Of a stretch of DNA of 64,000 nt, positions 47,701-58,670 are shown piece by piece (position 1 is the first letter of the stretch; each line of letters starts with the position of its first letter). The position numbers were made by a program, and so were the translations under genes. The notes beneath the pieces were generated by a model. That model searched no databases. It had not been told where the DNA came from and saw only the letters and a program-made list of their open reading frames with translations. The DNA comes from Phoronis australis (taxonomy: Eukaryota > Animalia > Phoronida). Location of the stretch: NCBI GenBank assembly GCA_002633005.1, contig NMRA01000213.1, positions 1 to 64,000 of the forward strand. The letters run 5' to 3'.

Positions 47701-50700
47701 TTGTACACCTGCCTAGAAAGAAATGAGTTTCGGTTTAATTAAAATAACAATCATTTATGATAAATGTGAAAATTTTGTGAATTCCTGTGTGTATGTTTCA
47801 TTTTTGGGCTTGGAGGGGTAACTAGTGCCTAGGGGCTTAAAGGCCTTTCTCACTGGCTTTGGTGACACCAAAGCTTTGGTCAATTGCAACACTTAACTTC
47901 AGCCTTGAACCTAAGTTAACAGTACGAGTTACTGTAACCCTGGTGTAAAGAGGTGGATTTAACAGCAAATCGTCGAAGCTTCGCTACAGTGGGAACACTT
48001 AACTTCAATGTTATCGGAGTTACTGACAAGGGTCACTGCATTTGACAACAGCGGTTGTTGATATTTGTTAATATTTTGTTGGTACTAATATTTATTATTT
48101 TGGCAGTATAAGTATTGGATTCTGTTTTGTGTTATCCGTGTATTGTTGCTGGATTCTTTTCCATTTAAAAAATGAAAAACGTGTATCTGTGCCACCATAC
48201 GCCATACTGCCTTAATTTGGATCACCTGTTTGCCTACTCAACAGTCAGGGTTTTTTTTCTACTACATGGCCATCATTGAGGTTCTAGTTTTCATTTGGTG
48301 AGAGCTCCTTGCCATTACTATACCTTTCGTGTTTCCAGTGCCATGGGCCTAATCTGATGGAAATAATTACAGACACAGTACTTTCTAACAAAGATTTACA
48401 AGCTCAATTACATCAGGCCTGTCTGTATGACTACAAGGCTTAACTTGCTGCTTGGCTGGGGTCCGGTGAGGCACCTTGCCTGTAGGCTAGCCTTGGGGTA
48501 GCAAGGTCTGTAAAGGCTATTTTCATGGCTTCAACCTTTTCTCTATGTTTTCAGACACCAACTGTTGCTAACATCAATGCTGCGAATGATGGCAAATTCA
48601 TTCCCGGTGTTGGTAACCTTGAAGATCTGCCAGTAATGGTGGCAGAACGAATGTCAAGGTCATACAACTCCTGGCTTCAGTGGTGGAAAAACACAGTCAA
48701 CTATGACGATTATCTCAAGTACTTGTCAAATAAGGTAAGTGAGAAGTTAACTTCCAAATAACTCACTGGCTACAGGAGACCATTTACAGGTTTCTAATTT
48801 AATTTGGCAGAATAGTGGGACAAAATCGCTGTCTTGTTTACATAACCTTGCTTAGGGTCTGTCGCCATGCATATGCAAAATCACCATAAGGTCTTATAAT
48901 CCTCGGGTGATTTTCTGCTGTGAAGAAACTATACAAAGTACCATGATGTCATCCTGCTCCTTATGTCAGTTAAGATTTGATTGGCTGAAACCTGGACAGT
49001 CAGGCCCTCGACTTTACTGTCAGCTTCAAAATACAAAATTTATTTATATTCCATCTGTGAAGCAAGGAATGGTGTATGAAACAGGACTACGTCAAAAGTA
49101 ATTAACACTACGTTAGACATGATACAGGCCAGTCTGAATTTTATGCAAACGGTTCTCATTTTACAGACAACCATCAGATGGCAATATTTGCTTGGTGTTG
49201 CAAGCTATCGTTTCTCTGTTACAGGAGACGGATTATCTAGCAGCTGTTTTCCACTTTTACAACTCCGAAGATGAAGAGGAAGAGGATGAAAGATCGCCAT
49301 CTGTTGTTCAGAAAATGAAGGAGGAAGAGGATATGAGGCTGTGAGTATTGAAGATGTGCTCTGTCTGTGCTGGGGGGAGGGGCGAAAGAAAGGCATGTCG
49401 CTGTTAGTATAAATGATGCCAGCTGCGAGTTAACAAATAGAAGAGGAGAGATTTGTTCCCTACATTAAATGTGTTGCTGTAAACAGCTGTAGAGGGCTGA
49501 CCCCAGTGAGTCATGAAATTCTAGGCATTATAATATTGGACATTTTTGAACGGTGTATAGCCTCTTTGTGTGGTGGCAGACACTTTAAGAATATTTCGCT
49601 ATTAAAGACTTTGACAATGCGAATGAATGTAATCTGATGCCTGTGTTGGCTCTCTTCACTAATTATCTTATTTTTGTATGCTTGTTACTTCCTACACTTA
49701 ACAGAGGGCAGCACGTTGCAGTAGTGTCGGCTAGTAGGGATGTAAATACTTAGGGTCTCTATATCAAGTGGCGAGGGTGAGCGAATCGAAAACATACCAA
49801 AGTTTCATCACCATTACCATCTTCAGTCTGATATTTCATATTTGTGCTGATACTTTTTCATCGAAAATTGAACATTCGGAGGTAAGATTGCCATTGTCTT
49901 CAACTTCTCTGTAAAACTAGTCTCGCCATTTCACAGTACTGCACAAAATCTAATCATTGCTTTGCAGTCAGAGACAGAAGAAACTGGTAGAGCTACGTAC
50001 CCAGAAGGCCGAGTTTACGCCTGGTTTGTGGAACGTCAATGCGGTTCTACTGGGAGGACTAGGCAAGGATCCTGATACTGGACGTGAGTAGAACTTTGGC
50101 AGAACTTGGGCTTTGGTGAATTCAGCAACCCTTAATTTTTGCATGCGGATTTCAAAACCCAATGTAGCCACGATAAGGTCAAGTTGGTATTGCCACTGAA
50201 TTAAGTTTGGTTAATTGAATCCATCCAAACACACAATCGATGAACGCAACTCAATTAATTACATATTAGTTTAATGAGAAATGCTGTCAGCCATGCTGGT
50301 AAGTACTAACTTGACTGTCTTAAACTGTATTAATTTAATTTTATAAATACAAAAACCCAGTTTAACGTCTTGAAAATGTCGCAGCAAGACCTGGTTTGTG
50401 CAGTTCATCATTGGATAAATTTTCTAAATAGAGAATAACTTGTCAATGATTGGTCTCACATGTGTATAGGTGTGGCTAGTTAATATGATCTGGGTCTGGG
50501 GTCTAATCTGTTAACTTGGAGCACAACTCAAAAATTGACCAGTAGTGTATCATGCTTCGAAAAAAGTAATTTAATTGTACTCGAATCACCAAGCGCGATT
50601 GATTTAATTTCAAGCCTTAGTCGAGTCCGAATTCAAAGAATGGATCCAGTGGGCTCTTAAAGTTATAAACATCTTGGATTTTCAAACTCTGTGTCTTGAT

Positions 50701-53700
50701 TCTAGTGGAAGAAGACACAGAGAAGGTTGATGATGCACCAGCAACTGAAATGATGCAAAAAAAGAAAAAGACCCTCCAGGACGTGATCACCGAAAAATTA
50801 CAAGACCGCATCACAGACCAGGAAGCTGATTGGTTTGTATTCAATATTTACTCTCTGCACATGACATATTCCTGTATCATAGGGAAATTGTTGTTTATCC
50901 AATTGATGTACAAGACTACATGTCTAGCTTACCACTTCAGAACAACTACAATTCCTTACTAACCGTTCATCAGGAGGTAAATGTTTAGTTACTAGTGAAT
51001 TAACTAGCTCAGCTGAGTCCAGGTGAGCATTCCACAGGTCTATTTTTGTGAGAAAATGAGGTCTTACAAGTGAAAGGAAAATAGTTTGCCAGTATGCTTA
51101 GGAGCTTACTAGTCTACCCTACAAAATGGTGGCAACTAGAAGTGATTGGTTGGTAAGGTTTAGATGGTGAATTATTGGATTCAATTTAGTTTTTGTTCAA
51201 TTAGTAAGATTTTTTGCCACAAGTGCAGGCTAATATATTAGTCTACTGAGATCAGCTCAGGTTTTAGTCATGTCAGTTGACTTCACGACACAGTCATTAC
51301 TCTCAGACTTGGGTTCAGTGAGCCGTATCAAAGCAATTGACCTGTCGCAAGGTCCGCCCCCTTGTGAAATGTCGACAAACAAGCAATAAGTTTAACCCGG
51401 CATATTGTTTATCCGGTAAAATGGCAGCTTGGAAATGAAGGTGTGTCAAGAATGCTGCATTCTGATTGGTCACTTAAGCCGTCACTCAAAGTCCTGGCAA
51501 AAGGTCAATTGATAGAGTTAGGGCAAGGTATACATTGACAGTGGCTTGCTAAAGATGGCTGTGTTTACTTGGCCATTCTGTTTCGGTCATTATTGGGTAT
51601 TAGCAGCTGAGTTATCTGAGCATGCCTGTTAATTAGATTACACAAACAGGCAATCACTAACTTTGAATTTGATGTCATCACTGACCCTGTCAGTCCTCTT
51701 GAAACCGTTTTATAAGGCCACAAGAATAAGCATAATTGGTTCTTGTCTGCAGCAGACTCATTTTGAAACCTGTGACTCCAGTTCACCACGGAACTCACTT
51801 CTCAGAACCAACATGCTATCTTTAGCCTAACGTTAAACGCGTTTTGTGTGATTTCCTCAACATTATCTTCCTATTTTCAGGATTACAAATCAGGGGCCCA
51901 GTCGCCTGAGTCAAAGCGTGGGCTACACCAGGCCTCCATTGTCTGCTGTAAGTTAACTTGTTTCAAATTGTCTTTTCCTCAACACCCGGTCTGTGGGAAA
52001 TATACTGTAGCTGTAATTCCAGGAAATAGCAAGATATAGCAAAATATTATGGCAGTAAGATTGCACTAATGAAGAAAAGTTTGTGAGAAGGGTGTAAAAT
52101 AATAATCAGGAGCGTATTCCCCTTGTCACTACGGGAATACATTCAGTCATTCAGGTAGGGATGTTGTTTCACTAGAGACACCTAGTGAGCTTCCAAGTTT
52201 CTCCTTGAGACAGTGTTAAATTATTAATAAGCGAATGCAGTTGTCAGTGAGAGCTGAAGCCTAGCTGTTGCACTAAAAGTTTCTTAGGGCTGTTCCAGCA
52301 AAATCTGTATGGGAGGGGGGAAGGCACTTTTATTTCGTACCCACCGCCCATATTTTTCATTTATTTCTCCAACCATGACCCATAATTTTTTAATTATTTT
52401 TAATAGGTTAAAATATAAAATCCAACACTTGCAAACAAATTGCCTCCAGGAGGACCTGTTAAGAACTTAGATGATTGACAGACAAGAACTAGTTGTCTTG
52501 TCCAATATTGTCAAAAACTAAAGTAGCCTGTGAGCAATACTTTTGGCAGCCACCAGGTGTCTCTGTTCACCATGTGTCTATAATTTCAATGAACATTTTT
52601 TCAATTATAAGGATCTATGAATCTCAAACTGTCTCCACGAACTCTTTTATACTTCTATGTCAAGTGAATATTGGAACTTGTTTATCTTACTCCTCATACT
52701 TTTTATTTAAAAATCATCAATTTTCTTATATGTGTTAACACCAGTTCAGTGTTGCATAACTTTTCAATTCAATAGGACTGCAGACAAACAGTTGGCTCAA
52801 ATCAAGTTGCCCATGACTTGATTAATGGCTTAGTGAACATATTGCACTCTGTTCACTAGCAATATGGGCTTTTCTGTATTGGTTTTTTTTGAGTTTTGAG
52901 GGCTGAAGTAACCAACCTGTCAACATTAACAGGTCAAAAAATACCACCCATTTTTAATGCATCACTTCTTACAGGAACGACCACCCATAATTTGAGTTTT
53001 TTTCTGAAGACCACCAGCCATGAATTTTTATTTCTACTGCCGTCCCCCCCCCTCCCACACGGATTTTACTGGAACAGCCCTTAGCTATAGTCACGACTTT
53101 TTTACACAAAATCTTAATGGAGGTTCGTGACTAGTTGAAAATGTTGGCATAAGTCTCTGTTCAGACTCGTCTTCATTATTTGGTGAAACAGCCTGTTGCC
53201 GCACACACTTCATCACTAACTAGTCTTGGTTGACCTGTCTTGCAGAAGACCGTCACCACGGTAACTCAGCAGGACACTTCCTCCCCCCAAGAGAAGCTGG
53301 AGAGGATCTGGTCAGCACTTAAGATGCCCGATGGTCAAAAGTTGGACATGGCCATTAAGTACAGCTCTGATGAGTTTACCTCTGTCCTTGAGCAGGTAAC
53401 ACAAATGATTTTGACAGCAATGTTGTAATGTGATGTATTCAACCCACTAGCAAGAGTTCCCAAAAATCTTTAACAGTTAAACTGCTCTTTCCCAAAAGGA
53501 GTCTGTAGTGTTTGTCATTTCTGTGGTAACTTTTAACTATGGATAATAGTTTCATTTCAGTTGATATGCTATAAGGGCCTACCAATCTTGAAATGACAAT
53601 AAACCCACGTTTTATGACAGAAGATTGATTTAGACCGTTTGAAATTGGTCTCAAATAATTGTTAGTTAGCCCAATTGGAGAATGCTTTCAGGGCCTTGAA

Positions 53701-55905
53701 AAAAATGACAGTTTGTTACTGCTTGAGACTGCACTGAGCATGGCCTCGAGATGAATGAGTATGAGTTGTTAGTTCTTTGCATCGCTTAGTAAAAAGGAAA
53801 AAGGAATAATTTTATAGACCTAAGTAGTCTACATCTATTTCTTGCATGGAACACGGGTTTATAGGCGCTTTGAATGTTGGCAGATTTTTAAAATTCAACA
53901 GAATCTAAAATAGCGTTGCAGTTGAAACTACTGCCGGGAAATACAAAAAATTCAATGACATGTTGACTTGTTTCCTAATGATAGGCTATAGAGGGTTGGC
54001 AGAAAGCAACTGAAGTGATTGTAGCCAGAGAGGAACTCATGACTGAGTTGGAGAGATTTGAAAGACTGGCTTCTGATCCCAATAGGTTCTTTGAGAGAGG
54101 TATGGTATGCTTTTTGACCGTCTAGATTTTAGGTTGTTTCATATGTAGTTCAGTGTTGCTTGCATTTGGCGTCATTGTAGGTTCATTGATACAGCCTGCA
54201 CATTGGCAAAGTTTTAATTTGACATTTGTTCGCATGCTGTTCATTTTCCGTACTAACTAACTTTCTTTAATGGATTTTATGAGTAGTAGTCAAATCTTCG
54301 CTAGAAATTTACACACTGAACTCTCCCATTTCCATTTCTACCAGAGCGTTCTCCAAGGATTATTTTGGTTACTAATAGCTTAATATTTGCCAGGTCCCTG
54401 TGACAACCAGCTGTTTGTGAGCCAATCAAATGTCTGCTGATGATTTGGCATAGGACAGGAGATGGAATCGCATGGGTCATTATCCACTTCATGTTTTACA
54501 GGATTCCGTGGTTCTTCTGTTGCCAGACTAGAAGAAGCAAAACATAGGAGTATGCTCTACAGGGTGAGTAATATTTTTATGGAGCAAGTTTGCCTAAGTT
54601 TGTAATCTCAAAATCTTTAGTCGTCCAGGTAGTGCACACTGTTGTTACTTGAACCTGGTGTGCTGGATTGTGTTTCCATAATTCCTGGATCTTCCGAGAC
54701 GTGTAGTCTCCTTCAGTAGGATGGTATTGACTGCTAGCAGTGGCAGATCTACGTTTTCAGTAAAGGGGGGTTTAGGATTCGAGCGAATCCGAGGTGCTTA
54801 GCACCTCCCATGTAAGATTTTTTTGTGGTTTTTAGTAGCTGATTTTGTGTTTTTGGAGAATTTTTTTTCAATTTTTATTTTTGATCCTGTCCCGAGGGGG
54901 TTTTCAACCCCCTGAACCCCTTTGTTGATCCTCCTCTGGCTGGAAGTGGTGGGAACTGCGGTCATGTGGGATCTCGTTTCTCTAGATACTATGTCAACGC
55001 TACCATTCCATGCCTGATGGCACCAGATTCAAATTGCCGTCAGGATGGAATGAGAGTGTTGCTAATGTAACAACACAAGAGATCTCGCATGACTGGAGTA
55101 CCTGCCACTAGTAGTAGCAGTCAACGTCATCCTATCGAGGGAGAGGAGACTTCTCCGAAGATCTAGGGGTTAGGTAAACCCTAATCCAGCCAACCAGGTT
55201 CAAGTAACGAGTGGTTTCTGTCATTTCTCTTAATGGCACTGTAAGCCCACAATTTTTGCGAAACAAGGTTTGATGGCCACCTACCGTTCTTATGTCTGTC
55301 TCATGATTGTGTTCTTTATACAGATCAGAGTTGATCTTATAAGGCTTAAGACCAATTATTGGCAATTTGTTAACCTCTTCTGACCTGTATCATTAACATT
55401 GCTTGTCACGACGGCTAGTGTCAGTTAGTGAAACAGTATGGCCTTCAGTTCTTTTTTGTTGTATTTTGTCGCACACAAATATTAACGTGGTGCCTTGTGA
55501 AGAATGTCAATTTTTTTGACTACATGATGCGGTTTAGTGTGGCCTGAACTGCTGTATGATAATTACAATGTACCTGGTCAGACTATGGTAATGAATGAAT
55601 TAATCTTACTGATCGAAGATCCAATGGTTTGCTTAGATTCATGGACTGATGACCTGTGTCTGTTCTCGTAGAAAATTGAAGCGCTGAGCATCGAAGTTAA
55701 GCGAGCTGTGAAATTCGTTGAAGACACTTATAAGGATCAGATGACGTATCAAGGTCGGCCATACTTAGACAAAATGCAGTGGGACAGAACGGAGATGCTT
55801 TATTGGCTGTCGGAGGAGAGACGGACCCAGGCACTGGAACACGAGGCTATGTTACGTGATGTTGCCCTGAATGTCGTCCAGCTGGCACCACTATCGACAC
55901 ACTGA
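19812..55905 (+). CDS. CCDC87: Coiled-coil domain-containing protein 87 orthologue (whole gene; 26 core plus 3 candidate cassette exons)
   Basis: Phase-consistent exon chain from ATG 19812 to TGA 55903-55905. Motifs recalled from CCDC87: GPLSLF, VRVSERV...VYNDL, SWLQWWKNTVNYDDYLKYL, ETDYLAAVFHFY, LERIWSALKMPDGQKLDMAIKYSS, FERLASDPNRFF, GRPYLDKMQWDRTEMLYWL. Confidence 0.85.
20945..21017 (+). CDS. CCDC87: CCDC87 exon (RDVKKRYKGVVGPLSLFAPFPHEE)
   Basis: tttacag / GTACTG, phase 0 to 1. Confidence 0.8.
21653..21705 (+). CDS. CCDC87: CCDC87 exon (KVVDERIEMERPVTPID)
   Basis: tttccag / GTAAGT, phase 1 to 0. Confidence 0.8.
22360..22473 (+). CDS. CCDC87: CCDC87 exon (EEIKIQPLHFTQLAKYIRRRLAA...)
   Basis: tttcag / GTAAGT. 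Confidence 0.85.
23042..23210 (+). CDS. CCDC87: CCDC87 exon (AGILMGEVNSIWPDIRR...CEQLFKHY)
   Basis: ttccag / GTGAGT, phase 0 to 1. Confidence 0.87.
24090..24171 (+). CDS. CCDC87: CCDC87 exon (LNKRGVFSGPANMSRLKAQLALDANK)
   Basis: ttctag / GTAAGT, phase 1 to 2. Confidence 0.85.
24784..25138. repeat. 86-bp tandem repeat x4
   Basis: Units start acagctttgttcaattagtagtgcact at 24784, 24873, 24959 and 25045; near-identical. Confidence 0.95.
25325..25475 (+). CDS. CCDC87: CCDC87 exon (LNVLMIRRYIVSDIRG...)
   Basis: ttttcag / GTAAAT, phase 2 to 0. Confidence 0.8.
26070..26141 (+). CDS. CCDC87: CCDC87 exon (IQQSRPKSKTKKYRFRTVEEDLEE)
   Basis: catag / GTGAGT. Confidence 0.8.
26712..26755. repeat. (CT)n microsatellite
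   Basis: Seen directly, about 40 nt upstream of the acceptor at 26794. Confidence 0.9.
26795..26885 (+). CDS. CCDC87: CCDC87 exon (LSHEMPSLDTRKL...)
   Basis: ttttcag / GTAAGT, phase 0 to 1. Confidence 0.8.
27266..27317 (+). CDS. CCDC87: CCDC87 exon (LVTGQDKMSEHGSTSA)
   Basis: tttcag / GTGAGT; phase 1 to 2 is needed to keep the frame. Confidence 0.75.
28465..28944. mobile_element. Kolobok-like non-autonomous element, 480 bp, TTAA TSD
   Basis: TTAA|GGTTATGTGGGG ... CCCCACATGACC|TTAA. Confidence 0.75.
30034..30196 (+). CDS. CCDC87: CCDC87 exon (MDYYESIQRLLLKRSKSLPELQHETLAEEL...)
   Basis: ttccag / GTAAGT, phase 2 to 0. Confidence 0.82.
30520..30654 (+). CDS. CCDC87: CCDC87 exon (ERGKKKEKDED...ELPPLIQ)
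   Basis: ttgcag / GTCAAT. Confidence 0.8.
30860..31110. repeat. C-rich degenerate minisatellite (CCCCTACACTCTCCTAC... units)
   Basis: Repeated variants; explains the Pro-rich pseudo-ORFs at 30713-31305. Confidence 0.8.
31511..31611 (+). CDS. CCDC87: CCDC87 exon (AILTHAKHDERK...)
   Basis: tttcag / GTAGGT, phase 0 to 2. Confidence 0.8.
31924..32089 (+). CDS. CCDC87: CCDC87 exon (IPLQRPTHPQPAT...VYNDLLDD)
   Basis: ttccag / GTAAGT, phase 2 to 0. Confidence 0.87.
32402..32518 (+). CDS. CCDC87: CCDC87 exon (ITPASIKQLDSNLFLGSEVKEVYEEIMK...)
   Basis: acgtag / GTGAGT. Confidence 0.87.
33567..33602 (+). CDS. CCDC87: Candidate 36-nt cassette exon (APHFTGIPLHKS)
   Basis: ttctatag / GTAAGT, symmetric phase 0, open frame; not required for the reading frame. 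Confidence 0.45.
35552..35715 (+). CDS. CCDC87: CCDC87 exon (DNTIEPSAQTVNLQS...EWAR)
   Basis: ctctag / GTGAGT, phase 0 to 2. Confidence 0.82.
35715..35830. repeat. ~41-bp tandem repeat x3 starting at a splice donor
   Basis: GTGAGTTTGGGCTGTCATGTA at 35716 and 35757; third copy diverged. Confidence 0.8.
37433..39148 (+). mobile_element. Non-autonomous Helentron/DINE-1-like element with internal ~440-bp (3 x ~146-bp) tandem array
   Basis: 5' T-run plus subTIR ATGCGCCCA with nearby inverted partner TGGACGCAT; GTCY microsatellite; internal tandem array; 3' subTIR TGGGCGCAT (39114-39122); hairpin CAACGC-tcc-GCGTTG; ends CTCTTGTTT. Confidence 0.85.
39597..39701 (+). CDS. CCDC87: Candidate 105-nt cassette exon (AFAPESEPFACILSDNKTTEYELLENLYQFYHGY)
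   Basis: tttccag / AG|GTAAAC, symmetric phase 2, open frame. Confidence 0.5.
40275..40313 (+). CDS. CCDC87: Candidate 39-nt cassette exon with GC donor (NISQTAPSGSGQ)
   Basis: Long pyrimidine tract plus tttcag; AAG|GCAAGT donor; symmetric phase 2. Confidence 0.5.
41550..41601 (+). CDS. CCDC87: CCDC87 exon (PQSPLKDTRGGVAVTPM)
   Basis: ttgcag / GTAAGT; phase 2 to 0 is needed to link 35715 with 48555. Confidence 0.75.
42086..42176. repeat. 16-bp G-rich tandem repeat (AGGGTTGTGGGACCTA) x5
   Basis: Seen directly. Confidence 0.85.
42725..43045. mobile_element. Foldback element with 44-bp inverted arms and asymmetric 3' tail
   Basis: AATAAAGATTGTTACTTATCGGCGGCCTGGTTATGTTTGAGAAC pairs with GTTCTCAAATATAACCAGGCCGCCAATAGATAACTATCTTTATT; a related right end plus tail is at about 30335-30430. 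Confidence 0.7.
45165..45215. repeat. 17-bp tandem repeat (CTGTGACGGACAGAGTG) x3
   Basis: Seen directly. Confidence 0.85.
46793..46951. mobile_element. Tc1/mariner (pogo-type) MITE, 159 bp, TA TSD
   Basis: TA|CCGTAATCGTTCGGGTTAACGCCC ... GGGCATTAACCCGAACGATTACGG|TA; internal GGGCGGTTAA x4. Confidence 0.9.
48555..48734 (+). CDS. CCDC87: CCDC87 exon (...SYNSWLQWWKNTVNYDDYLKYLSNK)
   Basis: ttttcag / GTAAGT. Confidence 0.88.
49225..49340 (+). CDS. CCDC87: CCDC87 exon (ETDYLAAVFHFYNSEDEEE...)
   Basis: ttacag / GTGAGT, phase 0 to 2. Confidence 0.85.
49968..50083 (+). CDS. CCDC87: CCDC87 exon (QRQKKLVELR...GLWNVNAVLLGGLGKDP)
   Basis: tttgcag / GTGAGT, phase 2 to 1. Confidence 0.85.
50706..50832 (+). 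CDS. CCDC87: CCDC87 exon (EEDTEKVDDAP...DQEAD)
   Basis: ttctag / GTTTGT, phase 1 to 2. Confidence 0.75.
51881..51947 (+). CDS. CCDC87: CCDC87 exon (ITNQGPSRLSQSVGYTRPPLSA)
   Basis: ttttcag / GTAAGT, phase 2 to 0. Confidence 0.75.
52287..53080. mobile_element. 794-bp TIR element with TTA TSD (PIF/Harbinger-type)
   Basis: TTA|GGGCTGTTCCAGCAAAATCTGTATGGGAG ... CTCCCACACGGATTTTACTGGAACAGCCC|TTA. Confidence 0.88.
53246..53395 (+). CDS. CCDC87: CCDC87 exon (...KLERIWSALKMPDGQKLDMAIKYSS...)
   Basis: ttgcag / GTAACA. Confidence 0.9.
53985..54099 (+). CDS. CCDC87: CCDC87 exon (AIEGWQKATE...LASDPNRFFER)
   Basis: gatag / GTATGG, phase 0 to 1. Confidence 0.88.
54502..54563 (+). CDS. CCDC87: CCDC87 exon (FRGSSVARLEEAKHRSMLYR)
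   Basis: tttacag / GTGAGT, phase 1 to 0. Confidence 0.87.
54738..54938. mobile_element. Older short member of the CAGTGGCGGAT 5-bp-TSD family
   Basis: CAGTGGCAGATC ... GATCCTCCTCTG; flanks GCTAG / GCTGG. Confidence 0.6.
55672..55905 (+). CDS. CCDC87: CCDC87 terminal coding exon
   Basis: ctcgtag acceptor; KIEALSIEVKR...YLDKMQWDRTEMLYWL...STH*. Confidence 0.9.
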   Translation, partial: KIEALSIEVKRAVKFVEDTYKDQMTYQGRPYLDKMQWDRTEMLYWLSEERRTQALEHEAMLRDVALNVVQLAPLSTH

Positions 55906-57645
55906 GACATACAATAGTTGGACAGTGTAGCTTTAACTGTTTCGTTCCTTTGTGATGCGGATGCTGAAACTTTAACTGCATGGCACTGGGCCTCGACATT
56001 ATTATAGAGATGACTTTAAAATGTTCATCAGAATTGTCCAAGAATTGTTTTCCTATTGGTACATGAAGTTTTCAAAATGGTTAGGGTTGTTTTGTTGAGA
56101 CGCAGAATTCCTGTAGGATATTTTCATGTTGGAACTGAAATATTTTGCAGTTAAATGGATAACTTTTGTCTTGTGGTTCAGATTTGTTGAAGGAATACTC
56201 ATTATCTTGAAAATGTTGGATTGTTACAAACGACTGCTGGTCTTTTGTTACATTATGCAGAAATTAATGCAGTGCCATCTGTAGAACTTATCCAGCTGCT
56301 GTTCTGTCTGTGCTTTGTTTGTATCTTGGTCCATGTATCCCTACAGATGGGGTACTTGGTTTGTCAGTTTGTGAGCTTGTGTTCTGCTCACAGGATTTAC
56401 TACAGTTAGAAGGTTTATCTAAAAAACATCCAAGTAAAGGGATTGTATTTATCTGACTGGCTGAGGAGAGTGATTGTACTTATCTGACTGGCTTAGGAGA
56501 CCAGACTTCAGTCATTTCGATATCTCCATTGTGCAGTTGATGAATTTAACAAGACATTTACAAATTTCTCAAACATTTTTTCCTTGTAAACATGTGTTTG
56601 GTTGCTAACAAATTTTAATTTAAATTAAAATACATGAAAGTTAATGTGAGGTAACTGATTTTCTCTTGGAGTAATAGTTCTAAGTAGTTTTAAAACACTG
56701 GAAAACAGTGAAAAGTGGCTCCATTTCGTTGTGAGGATCATTCTCAGTGTGCCACGCATTGCCGAATATAATAAGTAAGTACAGTGCAAGCTCAGAAAAA
56801 AATTGTTGGGACTAGCTATTGTGGAGGTTGATGGAACCATTTATTTTTGCTGTCTAATTGAAAAGGATTTCTACAATATGTGCGCAGGTGCTCTCTGTCA
56901 AAGTTGATAGCTTTTGACTTTCTGCTGTCTTGGGAATCAGTGTGGAAACGGGGTCTTTTCTGTGAGGGTTTGGGACATAAATTTTATGGTTCAATAACCA
57001 TGTTTTAAAAAACCTCTTTGCATTCTTAACCCTTTCCCTATTTAATATTGAGAATTGATCGTCAATGTAAGCAAGTTAGTTCAGGTTCAATGTATAACAG
57101 CATTAGACAAGACAATCTGTGTTTGCAGAAGTACATAAAAACCGTAAGTCCCTTTACGGTACCGACTGTTTCATGCAACCAGGGACTGATTGCTAAATTT
57201 CCCTTCTCATCATATTTACCTTTTTATAGAGAGCGAAAATCAAATTCATCCGCTGTCGTATACTTTGTGGGGCACGAGTCCTCCAATCCAGAATTCCGAA
57301 AAAGCGTTATACAGGCCATGTACTAGTGGGTAAGCTGGCAGTTAATTTTGTATTAATGGTAACTGTTTACTCGCATCTCTGATAAGCTGAATGTCAGGCT
57401 GGTTGAAGGAAGTACTTTCTACTGATCGATTTCTCCGTCCGTCTACTAGCGGCGCTGCTTTCAATGATCGCTATCCTGCAATGCTTTGTGGTGACGTGAA
57501 AAGGTCGACATGAAGCAGCTAAATTTGCAACTACTTGAAAATAATGAATTGCAAAAGAAAAAAAAATGTAGCAGTAAATTTTCCGTGAAAAAGTTCAAAG
57601 TTTTAGCACCAGAACGTCCTCACTACAAAACTTGCGTTGTCTGTC

Positions 57646-58670
57646 CATAGGCGGATTTAGGGGGGGGCCCNNNNNNNNNNNNNNNNNNNNNNNNNNNNNN
57701 NNNNNNNNNNNNNNNNNNNNNNNNNNNNNNNNNNNNNNNNNNNNNNNNNNNNNNNNNNNNNNNNNNNNNNNNNNNNNNNNNNNNNNNNNNNNNNNNNNNN
57801 NNNNNNNNNNNNNNNNNNNNNNNNNNNNNNNNNNNNNNNNNNNNNNNNNNNNNNNNNNNNNNNNNNNNNNNNNNNNNNNNNNNNNNNNNNNNNNNNNNNN
57901 NNNNNNNNNNNNNNNNNNNNNNNNNNNNNNNNNNNNNNNNNNNNNNNNNNNNNNNNNNNNNNNNNNNNNNNNNNNNNNNNNNNNNNNNNNNNNNNNNNNN
58001 NNNNNNNNNNNNNNNNNNNNNNNNNNNNNNNNNNNNNNNNNNNNNNNNNNNNNNNNNNNNNNNNNNNNNNNNNNNNNNNNNNNNNNNNNNNNNNNNNNNN
58101 NNNNNNNNNNNNNNNNNNNNNNNNNNNNNNNNNNNNNNNNNNNNNNNNNNNNNNNNNNNNNNNNNNNNNNNNNNNNNNNNNNNNNNNNNNNNNNNNNNNN
58201 NNNNNNNNNNNNNNNNNNNNNNNNNNNNNNNNNNNNNNNNNNNNNNNNNNNNNNNNNNNNNNNNNNNNNNNNNNNNNNNNNNNNNNNNNNNNNNNNNNNN
58301 NNNNNNNNNNNNNNNNNNNNNNNNNNNNNNNNNNNNNNNNNNNNNNNNNNNNNNNNNNNNNNNNNNNNNNNNNNNNNNNNNNNNNNNNNNNNNNNNNNNN
58401 NNNNNNNNNNNNNNNNNNNNNNNNNNNNNNNNNNNNNNNNNNNNNNNNNNNNNNNNNNNNNNNNNNNNNNNNNNNNNNNNNNNNNNNNNNNNNNNNNNNN
58501 NNNNNNNNNNNNNNNNNNNNNNNNNNNNNNNNNNNNNNNNNNNNACCCCCCCTCCCGACCTCCCCCCATTCGGTGCTATGCGCATCTACAATCGTGGTTC
58601 AGTTTGCGCAAATGTTTACAGCCGGACAAAATGTTGGCCCCCCCCTTGTGATATCCTAGATCCGCCACTG
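57646..58670. mobile_element. ~1-kb TIR element, 5-bp TSD CTGTC (interior is an N gap)
   Basis: CTGTC|CATAGGCGGATTTAGG ... CCTAGATCCGCCACTG|CTGTC. Confidence 0.88.
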
